NCBI GenBank assembly: GCA_963783305.1
Contig: CAWAMW010000002.1
Span: 672,001 to 736,000, forward strand
Length of the DNA stretch: 64,000 nucleotides
Source of the DNA: an uncultured Gemmatimonadales bacterium
GTDB taxonomy: Bacteria; Gemmatimonadota; Gemmatimonadetes; Longimicrobiales; RSA9
Reading direction: 5' to 3'
Part shown: positions 55,767-64,000 of the stretch, in pieces
Layout of the letters: each line of letters opens with the position of its first letter
Position numbering within the stretch: the stretch's first letter is position 1
The notes under the pieces: generated by a model
Told to the model about the DNA's origin: nothing
The model's database searches: none
What the model saw: the letters and a program-made list of their open reading frames with translations, nothing else
Position numbers and translations under genes: made by a program

Positions 55767-56872
55767 CGCGATCCCTCCAGGAGGAGGTCCATGGCGATGG
55801 AGCAGCCGCGGGGGGGCGCTCCGGCTGCGCGCCCCTCGAGCACCAGGCCCTGCTCGTCCACACGGCCGAAGTCCTCCGTCTGGACGGCCGCCACGCTGTC
55901 CAGATTGGCGAGGTCCACGTGCCGCAGGATCCCGGACGCGCCGGCCGGGAGCGGAGCCAGCGTCTCCGGGTCCACCGCCACGCTCCGGAGCCACGCCGGC
56001 CCTTCCTTCCGCGGGATTCCGATCTCGCCCCGGTGGTAGGCCAGAAGTCCATTGTCGTAGCGCTGTGAGAGCAGCTCCGTCATGCCGTACTCGTTGACGC
56101 ACGCGTGGGAGGGAAGCCCCAGGCGCTCGCGGTAGAGCTCGCGGAGCCGTGGCGCAGGAACATGCCGCCCCCGCCCCTTGTGGCCGCCCGTGTCCATCAG
56201 CCGCGAGCCATCCGGGAGCGCGAACGTCCGCCCCGCCTCCACCAGCCTGTCGATCCAGTGGATGAAGGCGGCGGAAGTGCCCAGCAGCAGCAGCGGCCGA
56301 CCGGCCGAGACAGCGGCGGCCACGGCCTCCTCCAGCGCCGGGAAATCCACTCCGCCCCTGTCCGCGTAGACGCCGCTCCCGTGAGCGCCGAAGGCCGCCA
56401 TGACGTCGGTGATCATGAACGCGAGCGATGACTCTGGCAGCACGTCGGCGGGCGGCATCAGGGAGAGGAAGGGGAGCGCAGCGTCGTCGGGCAGGAGGTA
56501 CGAGCGAAATGTGGGGCGGAGCGATGCCCGGTACAGATCCAGGCTTGCGACATGGTGCTCCCCGCGGCGCTCTCTTCCGCGCGTGGTGCCGCTCGTCCGG
56601 AACACGCGCTCGGTCGCCGTGTCCCCCGCACGCAGCACCACTTCGCGGAACGCGGCAGTCGGGACGGCCGGGATGGCGGACCAGTCGCCTACGGTGTCCG
56701 GCGTGCGGTCCCGAGCGCGGCAGTACGCCGCGTAGGAGGGAATGCCCTCGAAGTTCCGGGCGAAGACGCGCAGCGCGAGGTCGTTGAAAGCGGCGTCGGT
56801 GAGCGGCGCGTCAGCGTTTCGGAACCGGCGGATCAGCTCGGCGCGGAGCGCCCCCACGTCTGCGTCCGACAC
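55763..56872 (-). CDS. luxE: Acyl-protein synthetase, LuxE family
   Basis: IPAVPTAAF, FRTSGTT, MDTGGHKGR, NEYGMTELLSQ, DLAN, QTEDFG, C-terminal RGCS. Confidence 0.88.
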   Translation of the reverse strand: MSDADVGALRAELIRRFRNADAPLTDAAFNDLALRVFARNFEGIPSYAAYCRARDRTPDTVGDWSAIPAVPTAAFREVVLRAGDTATERVFRTSGTTRGRERRGEHHVASLDLYRASLRPTFRSYLLPDDAALPFLSLMPPADVLPESSLAFMITDVMAAFGAHGSGVYADRGGVDFPALEEAVAAAVSAGRPLLLLGTSAAFIHWIDRLVEAGRTFALPDGSRLMDTGGHKGRGRHVPAPRLRELYRERLGLPSHACVNEYGMTELLSQRYDNGLLAYHRGEIGIPRKEGPAWLRSVAVDPETLAPLPAGASGILRHVDLANLDSVAAVQTEDFGRVDEQGLVLEGRAAGAPPRGCSIAMDLLLEGSR

Positions 56873-56879
56873 GGCACGC

Positions 56880-58406
56880 TCACCGGCGTCGGAGCTCGAA
56901 GAATTCCTCGACGGCCATGGCGAAGGTCGCGCCCTCCACGGCGTATCGGCCGGCGAGCGGCGAGAGGAAGGCGAGGATCCGCTCGCCCACGGCCTTGTGG
57001 GTCGACGATCCGGTGTCGTGCGCCAGGGCGATGTGGAGCCGTGCGGCGAGGGCGTTCTCCTCGAAGGGGCGGTCGCGATAGCGCAGCGCGCCCAGCGGAT
57101 CGGGGTGGTACGGATGGTCGCAGTACCCGCCGTTCTCGTCCCAGAGCGTCTCTTTCATCGTGATCAGGAGTGCCTGCGCCTTTTCCCGCGCATCCTCCCG
57201 ACCGGCGGCGCGAGCCACCGCGTGTGCGGCGCGGGCGGTGTGGAGCAGGTCGATGAGGAGGCCGTGCGGCGGTTCCATGTCCGGGCCGTAATAGTGGCGC
57301 ATCCCGTGGTCCGGCGTGCCCATCCGGTCGATCAGGGTGTCGAACGCCTCGGAGGCGCGCCCCACCCAGTCCTCCCGCTCGAGCGCGCGGCCGGCGTCCG
57401 CGAGAGCCGCGATCCACATGGCCGTGGAGTGCGCGTATACGGTGTCGTCCACGGGTGGCGTCTCGAGGGTGGCGCGCGCCTCCGCATCCGCCTGGAAGTA
57501 CGCGGGGTCAGCCGACTGGCTTCCCACCCACAGACCGTCACGCGAGAGGGTGGAATCCACCCAGTCCACGATACGCTCCGCGGTGGCACGCCAGTCGTGT
57601 CGGCCGGCGAACGTGGCGCCTGCCGCGAACGCGGAGAGGGTCCTGGCGTTCACGTCCAGGAGCTTCTCCACCTGCGGTCGGGTCCAATCCGCATCCAGCG
57701 TGTAATGGTAGAAGCCGCCGTCCACTCGGTCCTCGATCTCCCCCGCCAGCATCCCATCGAGGGTGCGCTCGGCCATGAGCGTCCAGTCGGGATTGGGCAG
57801 CGACTTGCCCTGGCTGAAGAGCAGCTCCACGGCCTCGGCGTGGATGAACTTGGGGGCGTCGCCGAAGCCGCCGTTCCGGGAGTCGAACTGGTCCTGCGCT
57901 CCCGTCAGCACGTCGTCCGCCGCCTCGCGCCGGACCATGCCATGTCCGGGGCGATGGCCGCGCGCCGCCTCCATCGCCTTCCTTCGGCGCTGGAGCTCCT
58001 CCTCGAGGTTGGCCCGGCGGTCACGCCAGGCGCCGAGCACCTTTTCGAGTACCCGCCGAAGCTCCCGCGCGTCCACGTAGGTCTCGGACCAGAGCGCCTC
58101 CCCCGACGGCGCCAGGATCGCCGTGGTCGGCCATCCTCCGGCGATGTATCGGTCCTGCACGTGGGGCAGCCGATCGGCGTCGACGCGCAGGGGGAGCAGG
58201 TCCTCGTTCAGGAGCTGGATGATCTGGTCATCGGAGAACGTGGTCTCGTCCATCTCCTGGCACGACCGGCACCACGTGGTGGTCAGGTTCAGGAGGATCA
58301 GCCGGTCCTCCGCGGCCGCTTCCTCGAAAGCGGCGCGAGACCAGTGACGCCAGCGGATCTCGCTCGCCCGGTTGTGGTTGGGCGAGTATCGGAATGGTTC
58401 AGTCAT
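56880..58406 (-). CDS. DUF255 thioredoxin-like plus (alpha/alpha)6 barrel protein (YyaL/SSP411 family)
   Basis: WCRSCQEMDETTF, VDADRLP, GGWPTT, GGFGDAPKF, DRVDGGFYHY, EKLLDVNA motifs. Confidence 0.9.
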   Translation of the reverse strand: MTEPFRYSPNHNRASEIRWRHWSRAAFEEAAAEDRLILLNLTTTWCRSCQEMDETTFSDDQIIQLLNEDLLPLRVDADRLPHVQDRYIAGGWPTTAILAPSGEALWSETYVDARELRRVLEKVLGAWRDRRANLEEELQRRRKAMEAARGHRPGHGMVRREAADDVLTGAQDQFDSRNGGFGDAPKFIHAEAVELLFSQGKSLPNPDWTLMAERTLDGMLAGEIEDRVDGGFYHYTLDADWTRPQVEKLLDVNARTLSAFAAGATFAGRHDWRATAERIVDWVDSTLSRDGLWVGSQSADPAYFQADAEARATLETPPVDDTVYAHSTAMWIAALADAGRALEREDWVGRASEAFDTLIDRMGTPDHGMRHYYGPDMEPPHGLLIDLLHTARAAHAVARAAGREDAREKAQALLITMKETLWDENGGYCDHPYHPDPLGALRYRDRPFEENALAARLHIALAHDTGSSTHKAVGERILAFLSPLAGRYAVEGATFAMAVEEFFELRRR

Positions 58407-58470
58407 CTCGGCATCAGGATATGGGATCGGCGCCCCGAAGGCCAGCCGAGGCACCGCCGACGAGCGCCCG

Positions 58471-59088
58471 TCACCGCACCCGGAACGGGCGGCTGCGGGC
58501 TTCGTGACGGCGAGCGGGCAGGCCGATGATCCGGATCAGCAGTCGCTTGAGACCGGTCCCCACCGCACCCCCCACGGACCGGCTGCCGCGAACGGCCGGC
58601 TCCAGCTCACCCCGGAGCCAGCGCTCCAGTTCGTCCAGGTCCGACAGCGACAGGGTCTCCACCTCGACCACGCCGATGTAGTAGTAGGTCCCCGCGCCGG
58701 CCGCCCTCATCGTGGGGGTATAGGGCCCCTCGACCGCCGCGCGCGCCGCCGCCCACGTCCCGAAGGAGGCGAGGCTGTCGGACGGGAGCACCCCGGCGAG
58801 GTAGTGCTGCTCGAGGGGCTCGAAGGCGACGGCCACCGACCACGCCGCCTGCGCCACCAGGTCATCGACGAAACCGTCCCGCCAGAGCTCGATCCGGAAC
58901 CGCATCCGCAGCGGAAGCCCTGAGTGAACGGCGTTCTCCAGCGCTTCATCCTCGAGCAGCCCCGGCACGGTGACACGGGGGCCCGACGCGGCGGGCTCCA
59001 GGAGGAGGTGATCCTGTGCCGTGAGCGGGGCGGCCGCGAGCACGAGCGCGACCGTCAGCGACCGGAGAGAGGAGGCGCGCAGGGTCAA
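58471..59088 (-). CDS. Exported DUF4390-like protein
   Basis: TTG overlaps the upstream stop (TTGA); signal peptide ..APLTAQD; AVHSGLPLRMRFRIELWR motif; kinase-cluster context. Confidence 0.7.
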   Translation of the reverse strand: MTLRASSLRSLTVALVLAAAPLTAQDHLLLEPAASGPRVTVPGLLEDEALENAVHSGLPLRMRFRIELWRDGFVDDLVAQAAWSVAVAFEPLEQHYLAGVLPSDSLASFGTWAAARAAVEGPYTPTMRAAGAGTYYYIGVVEVETLSLSDLDELERWLRGELEPAVRGSRSVGGAVGTGLKRLLIRIIGLPARRHEARSRPFRVR

Positions 59089-60752
59089 AACCGCGGACTG
59101 ATCCGAACGAAGAAATTGGTACGACCCCCCGCCTCCGAGAGGGGGAGGGCGAGATAGACTCCGAAGCGGCCGAGCTCCAGGCCCACACCGGCGTCCAGGC
59201 GGAGCGAGGAGGTTCCCTCGTCCCGCCCGTGGAGCGACTCGGTCTCGACCCATGCGCGTCCTGCATCGGCAAAGAGCACCAGCTCAGGCGTGGTGATCAG
59301 GTCGAAATCGAGCCCCAGCCACCGACCCGGGCTGAAATCGTTGGAGATCAGGGCGTAGCGGCCTTCCGCCTGCAGCAGCAGGACTCGGTCGCAGCCGTAG
59401 TAGGGGAACCGGCCGTCCACGAGAGTCCGGTCGCGGGCGCCGCAGTCGAACGTGAACCGCTCGTATCCGGGCAGGCTCCCCTCGCCCCCGAGCACGTGCT
59501 GCCGCTGGGGCGGGAGCTCGCCGTCGTCCGGGGACCCCGCGGCCAGCCCGCGGAGCGCGAGCCGGGTCCGGGGACTGAAGCGCAGATACCGGCGCACGTC
59601 CAGCCGGAACGCGGTGAACTCGGCACCGACAGAGCGGTACTGCGGTCCGCTCGCATCAGGGGGAACGGCTTCGTCCCCGATCCTCATCCGGAGGTCACCC
59701 TCCAGCCCCTGCTCCACCTCCGCCTGCACGAGCCAGCCGGAGGCGGGTTCCAGGTGATCGTTGCGGGTGTCCCACCGAAACCAGCCGCGCACGGTCTGCA
59801 GATCCCCCTCGGCGACCTGTGGCTGTGGTCTCCACGGCTCGTCGTTGTCGAGCAGCGACCACGGCGTGTGGGTCGGCTCGGAGTCGTGCGACTCGTCCCG
59901 GTATTCGAGGCCGGCATCGACGGGGCGAGTGCGACCGTCATACACGGCATATACGCGCCAGCCCTCCCGCGCGTAGTGGTCGCGGTAGTCGCGGTGCAAA
60001 ATGAATGTGGAGAGCGAGTTCTCGCTGTCCGAGAGCCCGCTGAGCTCGATGGGGTCCACGGCGCTGTGGGTGCCGATGCCCAACCGGAGGCTGCGGTGCC
60101 CGGCGACGTACTGCTCCAGCCGCACGTCGTGGCCGATCTCGTCGGGGTGAATGCGGAGCCCGCTCCGTGTCCGGTATATGAGCCGCGCGTCGAGGACCGT
60201 GGGATTGGACCTGCCGAGCTCGAGCCGGGGCCCCGCGGACACGGGCAGCCCCTCGACGCGGTTGTAGGACCCATCCACGGTCAGCATGAGGTCGGCGCGA
60301 CCGAACCTGGTGGCAATACCGGCGCTGAGCCAGGAGGGGCGGGCAGCCTCCAGCGCGATGATTCGGTCGCCCTCGCGCCGGAAGCGGAGCGCCTCGGGAT
60401 AGACCAGCACCGAGCCCGCCACGTCGGCGGGAGCGCCGTCGAAGCTGCCCCCCACCACCACAGCTCGTCCCGTTATGCTCCCACCGGGCCGGATCCGGAG
60501 ATCGCCGTTGATCACCAGTACATCGCCCCGGACCTCGCCCGCCACGAGCAGTGGACCACCCACGGAGGCCACATCACCCGCCACAGCCGCCCCCTGCGGC
60601 ACCCGAGTCTCGCCGGTGAGACGGATCGTTGTGGGGCTGTTGTACAGTTCCGCGATCGCCGACGCCGCGGCCGGCGTCAGGGTGCGGGTCTCCTGCGCCC
60701 GGAGCGGAAGCGCCGTCAGGCAGAGCAGCAGTGCACAGATGATTGGCTTCAC
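59085..60752 (-). CDS. Omp85/BamA-TamA-like outer membrane beta-barrel with N-terminal beta-helix-like repeats
   Basis: Signal peptide; VAGDV/VRGDV/ITGRA repeats; [16 protein letters not shown] (loop-6-like); FADAGRAW; C-terminal F. Confidence 0.75.
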   Translation of the reverse strand: MKPIICALLLCLTALPLRAQETRTLTPAAASAIAELYNSPTTIRLTGETRVPQGAAVAGDVASVGGPLLVAGEVRGDVLVINGDLRIRPGGSITGRAVVVGGSFDGAPADVAGSVLVYPEALRFRREGDRIIALEAARPSWLSAGIATRFGRADLMLTVDGSYNRVEGLPVSAGPRLELGRSNPTVLDARLIYRTRSGLRIHPDEIGHDVRLEQYVAGHRSLRLGIGTHSAVDPIELSGLSDSENSLSTFILHRDYRDHYAREGWRVYAVYDGRTRPVDAGLEYRDESHDSEPTHTPWSLLDNDEPWRPQPQVAEGDLQTVRGWFRWDTRNDHLEPASGWLVQAEVEQGLEGDLRMRIGDEAVPPDASGPQYRSVGAEFTAFRLDVRRYLRFSPRTRLALRGLAAGSPDDGELPPQRQHVLGGEGSLPGYERFTFDCGARDRTLVDGRFPYYGCDRVLLLQAEGRYALISNDFSPGRWLGLDFDLITTPELVLFADAGRAWVETESLHGRDEGTSSLRLDAGVGLELGRFGVYLALPLSEAGGRTNFFVRISPRF

Positions 60753-62068
60753 CGTTGGATCCCCAGTCTCTTCATGCGTCGATAGAGGTTGGCACGGTCC
60801 GTCTTAAGGCTGCGGGCGGCCTCCGCCATGTTCCCTGCGGCCGCGTCGAGCGCGTGCTCGATCTGGCGCGCCTCGAATTGGTCGAGCCGCTCGTGGAGCG
60901 GAAGATCCTCCTCCGGCGCTGGGCGTCGGAGGAGCACTCCAACAGCCGCAGCATCCGCCGCCTGCCCCCGGTGCAGGATCGCCAGGCGCTCACATACGTT
61001 GGCCAGCTCACGGACGTTCCCGGGCCAGCGGTAGCGGCGGAGCTCCCCCATGGCGTCGGCGGAGAGCGTGGGGGGCTCGAGCCCCTGCTCCGTTCGAAGC
61101 CGGCCCATCAGGTGCTCGACCAGCTCCGGCAGGTCCTGCAGCCGCTCCCGGAGCGCCGGCGTGCGGATGGGGAGGACGTTCAGCCGGTAGAAGAGGTCAT
61201 CCCGGAAGGAGCCTTCGGTCATCTTCTCCTCCAGGTCGCGGTTGGTGGCGGCCACCACCCGGACATCCACGGGAATCGTCGCACTCCCGCCCACCCGCTG
61301 GATCTCCCCGGCCTCGAGCGCGCGCAGGAGCTTCGCCTGGGCGTCGAGGCTGAGGTCGGCGATCTCGTCCAGGAAGAGCGTGCCCCCGTCCGCCTGCTCG
61401 AACCGGCCGCGGCGGCGACCGGTCGCCCCGGTGAAAGCGCCCTTCTCGTGGCCGAACATCTCGGACTCGATGAGCTCCCGGGGGATAGCAGCGCTGTTCA
61501 CCCTCACGAACGGCCCTCGAGCGCGGCGGGAAAGGTGGTGAATCGCCGCCGCCACAAGTTCCTTGCCGGTCCCGCTCTCGCCGGTCACAAGCACCCGCGA
61601 CTCCGTGGGCGCAGCCTGCCGGATGCGCTCCCGCACCGTGGCCATCTCCGGACCGGAGCCGACCAGGTCTTCCGGCGTGATCGGCCGGCTCGCCAGCTCC
61701 CGCGCCCGCCGCAGCGCCACCGCTCCGCTCACCGTGGCGAGCACCGACTCCGGGGACAGGGGCTTCTCGATGAAGTGGAACGCTCCCAACCGCGTCGCCT
61801 CGACCGCATCCTGGAGCGTGGCCCGCCCGCTCATCATGACCACCGGCAGCTGAGGTCGACGCTCCGCGAGCTGCCGCAGCGCGGACAGCCCGTCCGTGCG
61901 GGGCATCGCCAGGTCCATCAGGACGACATCGGGCTCCTCCGTGACCGCCCGCTCCACACCCGCGCCGCCATCCTCTGCCTCCGTTACCCGGTATCCTTCC
62001 GCCTCCAGCAGCCCGCGCAGCATCCGCCGGATGTTGGCTTCGTCGTCAACAACGAGGATGGCGGGCAC
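60749..62068 (-). CDS. Sigma-54-dependent response regulator (NtrC/NtrX family)
   Basis: Receiver [42 protein letters not shown]; Fis-type HTH. Confidence 0.96.
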   Translation of the reverse strand: MPAILVVDDEANIRRMLRGLLEAEGYRVTEAEDGGAGVERAVTEEPDVVLMDLAMPRTDGLSALRQLAERRPQLPVVMMSGRATLQDAVEATRLGAFHFIEKPLSPESVLATVSGAVALRRARELASRPITPEDLVGSGPEMATVRERIRQAAPTESRVLVTGESGTGKELVAAAIHHLSRRARGPFVRVNSAAIPRELIESEMFGHEKGAFTGATGRRRGRFEQADGGTLFLDEIADLSLDAQAKLLRALEAGEIQRVGGSATIPVDVRVVAATNRDLEEKMTEGSFRDDLFYRLNVLPIRTPALRERLQDLPELVEHLMGRLRTEQGLEPPTLSADAMGELRRYRWPGNVRELANVCERLAILHRGQAADAAAVGVLLRRPAPEEDLPLHERLDQFEARQIEHALDAAAGNMAEAARSLKTDRANLYRRMKRLGIQR

Positions 62069-62074
62069 GGGAGG

Positions 62075-62788
62075 TCAGCGCCGGCCCATGATCAGCCGCG
62101 CCCGCACCAGTCGACCCGCCGTCACCTGCTCTTCACTTGCGCCCGCGCAGAACATGCGGGCCGCGGGGCCATAGAAGACCCGGACGTGCTCGCCCGTCGG
62201 CACCGCCCTCTCACTCGGGTCGCAGCGGAGCACGGCGAAATAGGCGGGCGCGAGCATCCGGGCCACCCGATCTCCCGTCGCCGCGTCGGGCACCCTCACC
62301 GCCATGACCAGCGCCGCCGCATTTCCCACGTCCGTGGCCACGTACTGGAGCAGCGCCCTTACGGCATCCTCGACCGGGGCGCCGGCATCGAGCCTCAGCG
62401 CCATCAGGTCCAGGAGGCGCTCCTTCTCGATCTCGTACAGCGCGTCCTGCAGGGTGATCGAGCCCCCCTCGTAGTCGAGCGTTACCGTGGTGTCGCCCAC
62501 CGGCGCCGGTGCGAGGAAGGCCATCCCGCGCCCGTCGGTGACCGCCGGGCCGCTCAGCTCGAGCTGCGAGGCGGCGGCCACATCGCGGAACCAGCCGGGG
62601 TCGCGGTCGGCGAAGACGAAGGCGGCGCGAGCGCCAGCGCCGTTGATGGCGCTGGCCACGGCGGCGGGCGCGGCGGTGGATGTGGCCTCGATGGCCACCG
62701 TGGGAATCTCGATGTCCTTCGGACCGCCGTAATTCGGTGCGCAGGCGCTGAGCGCGAGCGCGGCGACCCCGGCTGCAAGACGAGTCAT
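62075..62788 (-). CDS. Hypothetical lipoprotein
   Basis: Lipobox LSAC; ATGA-coupled to the kinase, 6 nt before the regulator. Confidence 0.75.
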   Translation of the reverse strand: MTRLAAGVAALALSACAPNYGGPKDIEIPTVAIEATSTAAPAAVASAINGAGARAAFVFADRDPGWFRDVAAASQLELSGPAVTDGRGMAFLAPAPVGDTTVTLDYEGGSITLQDALYEIEKERLLDLMALRLDAGAPVEDAVRALLQYVATDVGNAAALVMAVRVPDAATGDRVARMLAPAYFAVLRCDPSERAVPTGEHVRVFYGPAARMFCAGASEEQVTAGRLVRARLIMGRR

Positions 62789-64000
62789 TCGGACTCCTGT
62801 TCAGAGGCTAACGATGCGGCGGGGAGTCGAACTGCGAACTCGGCACCCCCGTGGTGGCTCCGGGCGGCTACGGTCCCGCCGCCGGCGGTCACGGCCTGTC
62901 GAACCAGCGCCAACCCGAGCCCGGTGCCCCGGGTCTTGGTGGTGAAGTCCGGCTCGAAGATCCGGTCGCCTCCGCCGGGCGGCAAGCCCGGGCCGTTGTC
63001 CCTGATGCGAACGTCGAGCCAACGGCCTTCCGCGTCGTGCTCCAGAGCCACCGTGATATCCAGCTTGGGATCCGGCACCGACTCCATCGCCTCGATGGCG
63101 TTCCGCACCAGGTTCCGAAAGGCGCGGAAGAGGGCATCGTAGTGGCACATCACCGGGGGGAGCCGCCCGGAAGCGGACAGGGTGGCGGTAACGCCCCGGG
63201 CGTCGGTCTCGAGCAGGGACGTCAGGAGCTCTTCAAGGTCGATCTCCGTGGGCGGCCCTTCGGGGGGGCGACCGAGAGAGCTGAACTGCGCCGCGAGATC
63301 CTCGAGCCGACCCACCTCCTGTCCGATCACTTCCACCGCCTCTTCGAACCCCGCGGCGTCGGCGGGTGCCTCGAGCCGCGCCAGCCGGTGGGCGGCGAAG
63401 CGGAGCGGCGTAAGCGGGTTCTTCATCTCGTGCGCCACCCTGCGCGCCATCTCGCCCCAGACCCGGAGCCGCTCGGCGTCCACCGCCCGCTTCCGCGCCA
63501 GCTCCAGGTCGGCGGCGGCGTCACGGAGCGCCCGGTCGAGAACATGGACCTCATGGACGGAGCGCCCGGACGGGGGCGGCAGAGGCTCCCCCCTGCCCAA
63601 TCGCTCCGCCACCACAACCAGCTCCTCGATCGGCTGCGCCAGCTGGCTCGCGAGCTGACGCGTGGCCGCGTACGCCAGAGCCACCAGCCCCGCGGCCACC
63701 AGCAGCACCAGCCAGGGCAGCACGGCGCTGAACCGCTGCTCCAGGAACGACCAGCGACGGGCCTGCGTGAGCGAACCCGAGAGCGCCTCCCGGTGCTCCG
63801 CCGCCGCCCGCTCCACAGCCGTGTCGCCCGGCTGCACCAGCTCGATGACCTCACGGCCGCTGGCGGCCACCTCCTCCCACGGACCCAGCGCGCCCGCGAA
63901 CTCCAGCGACGTCGACAGCGCCCAGCCACTCACCGCCAGCACGATCAGGGCGGGCGCAACCGTCAGCGCGAGCAGCCAGCCCAGGAGCCTCCGCTCCAGT
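62785..64000 (-). CDS. Membrane sensor histidine kinase (NtrY-like), 5' end outside the window
   Basis: 2 TM, HAMP, WGEMARRVAHEMKNPLTP, NLVRNA, DNGPG, GTGLGL; frame open to the window edge. Confidence 0.93.
   Translation of the reverse strand, partial: LERRLLGWLLALTVAPALIVLAVSGWALSTSLEFAGALGPWEEVAASGREVIELVQPGDTAVERAAAEHREALSGSLTQARRWSFLEQRFSAVLPWLVLLVAAGLVALAYAATRQLASQLAQPIEELVVVAERLGRGEPLPPPSGRSVHEVHVLDRALRDAAADLELARKRAVDAERLRVWGEMARRVAHEMKNPLTPLRFAAHRLARLEAPADAAGFEEAVEVIGQEVGRLEDLAAQFSSLGRPPEGPPTEIDLEELLTSLLETDARGVTATLSASGRLPPVMCHYDALFRAFRNLVRNAIEAMESVPDPKLDITVALEHDAEGRWLDVRIRDNGPGLPPGGGDRIFEPDFTTKTRGTGLGLALVRQAVTAGGGTVAARSHHGGAEFAVRLPAASLASEQESE

Noticed and set aside
54381..56872. Bioluminescence (lux) operon
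   Set aside because: No luciferase luxAB, luxD or luxG in the window.
1..64000. Mobile elements, prophage, defence systems, tRNA or rRNA genes
   Set aside because: No transposase, integrase, phage, nuclease or cloverleaf signature was recognised, and composition looks uniform by eye. Small RNAs cannot be excluded without covariance searches.

Overview
High-GC (about 70% by eye) bacterial chromosomal segment. Gene content and style suggest Gemmatimonadota (Longimicrobiales-like); this is inference only. No rRNA, tRNA, CRISPR array, transposase, integrase or phage gene was recognised. From left to right: an Opp/Dpp peptide ABC transporter operon; a lipoate ligase and gcvP; a hotdog-fold protein and nitronate monooxygenase; a minus-strand run of a stand-alone HisKA mini-protein, gcvH, an MBL hydrolase, a 7x22-bp tandem repeat, msrA, an HExxH membrane protein, trpF and alkA; two acyl-CoA dehydrogenases flanking a Tat-exported amidase; an AraC/TPR pair; an orphan GroES, hslO and a lytic transglycosylase; and peptidases, a PLP enzyme and trmJ. 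Next come an Alternative Complex III operon (actABCDEF) and, upstream on the same strand, a nine-gene gas vesicle cluster (gvpF-gvpG-ArsA/GET3-like ATPase-gvpL-gvpS-gvpL-gvpK-gvpJ-gvpA) followed by a tightly linked soluble tandem-PAS histidine kinase. The right end holds a divergent lipoprotein plus HAMP kinase, a second lytic transglycosylase, a solo AbrB, a DUF255-luxE-luxC operon without luciferase, and a kinase/lipoprotein/sigma-54 regulator/Omp85-like/DUF4390 cluster. The most striking system is the gas vesicle cluster: it has no gvpN, gvpC or gvpO but embeds a tandem ArsA/GET3-family ATPase, and it has a candidate sigma-54 promoter. All calls come from reading motifs by eye; no database searches were run.
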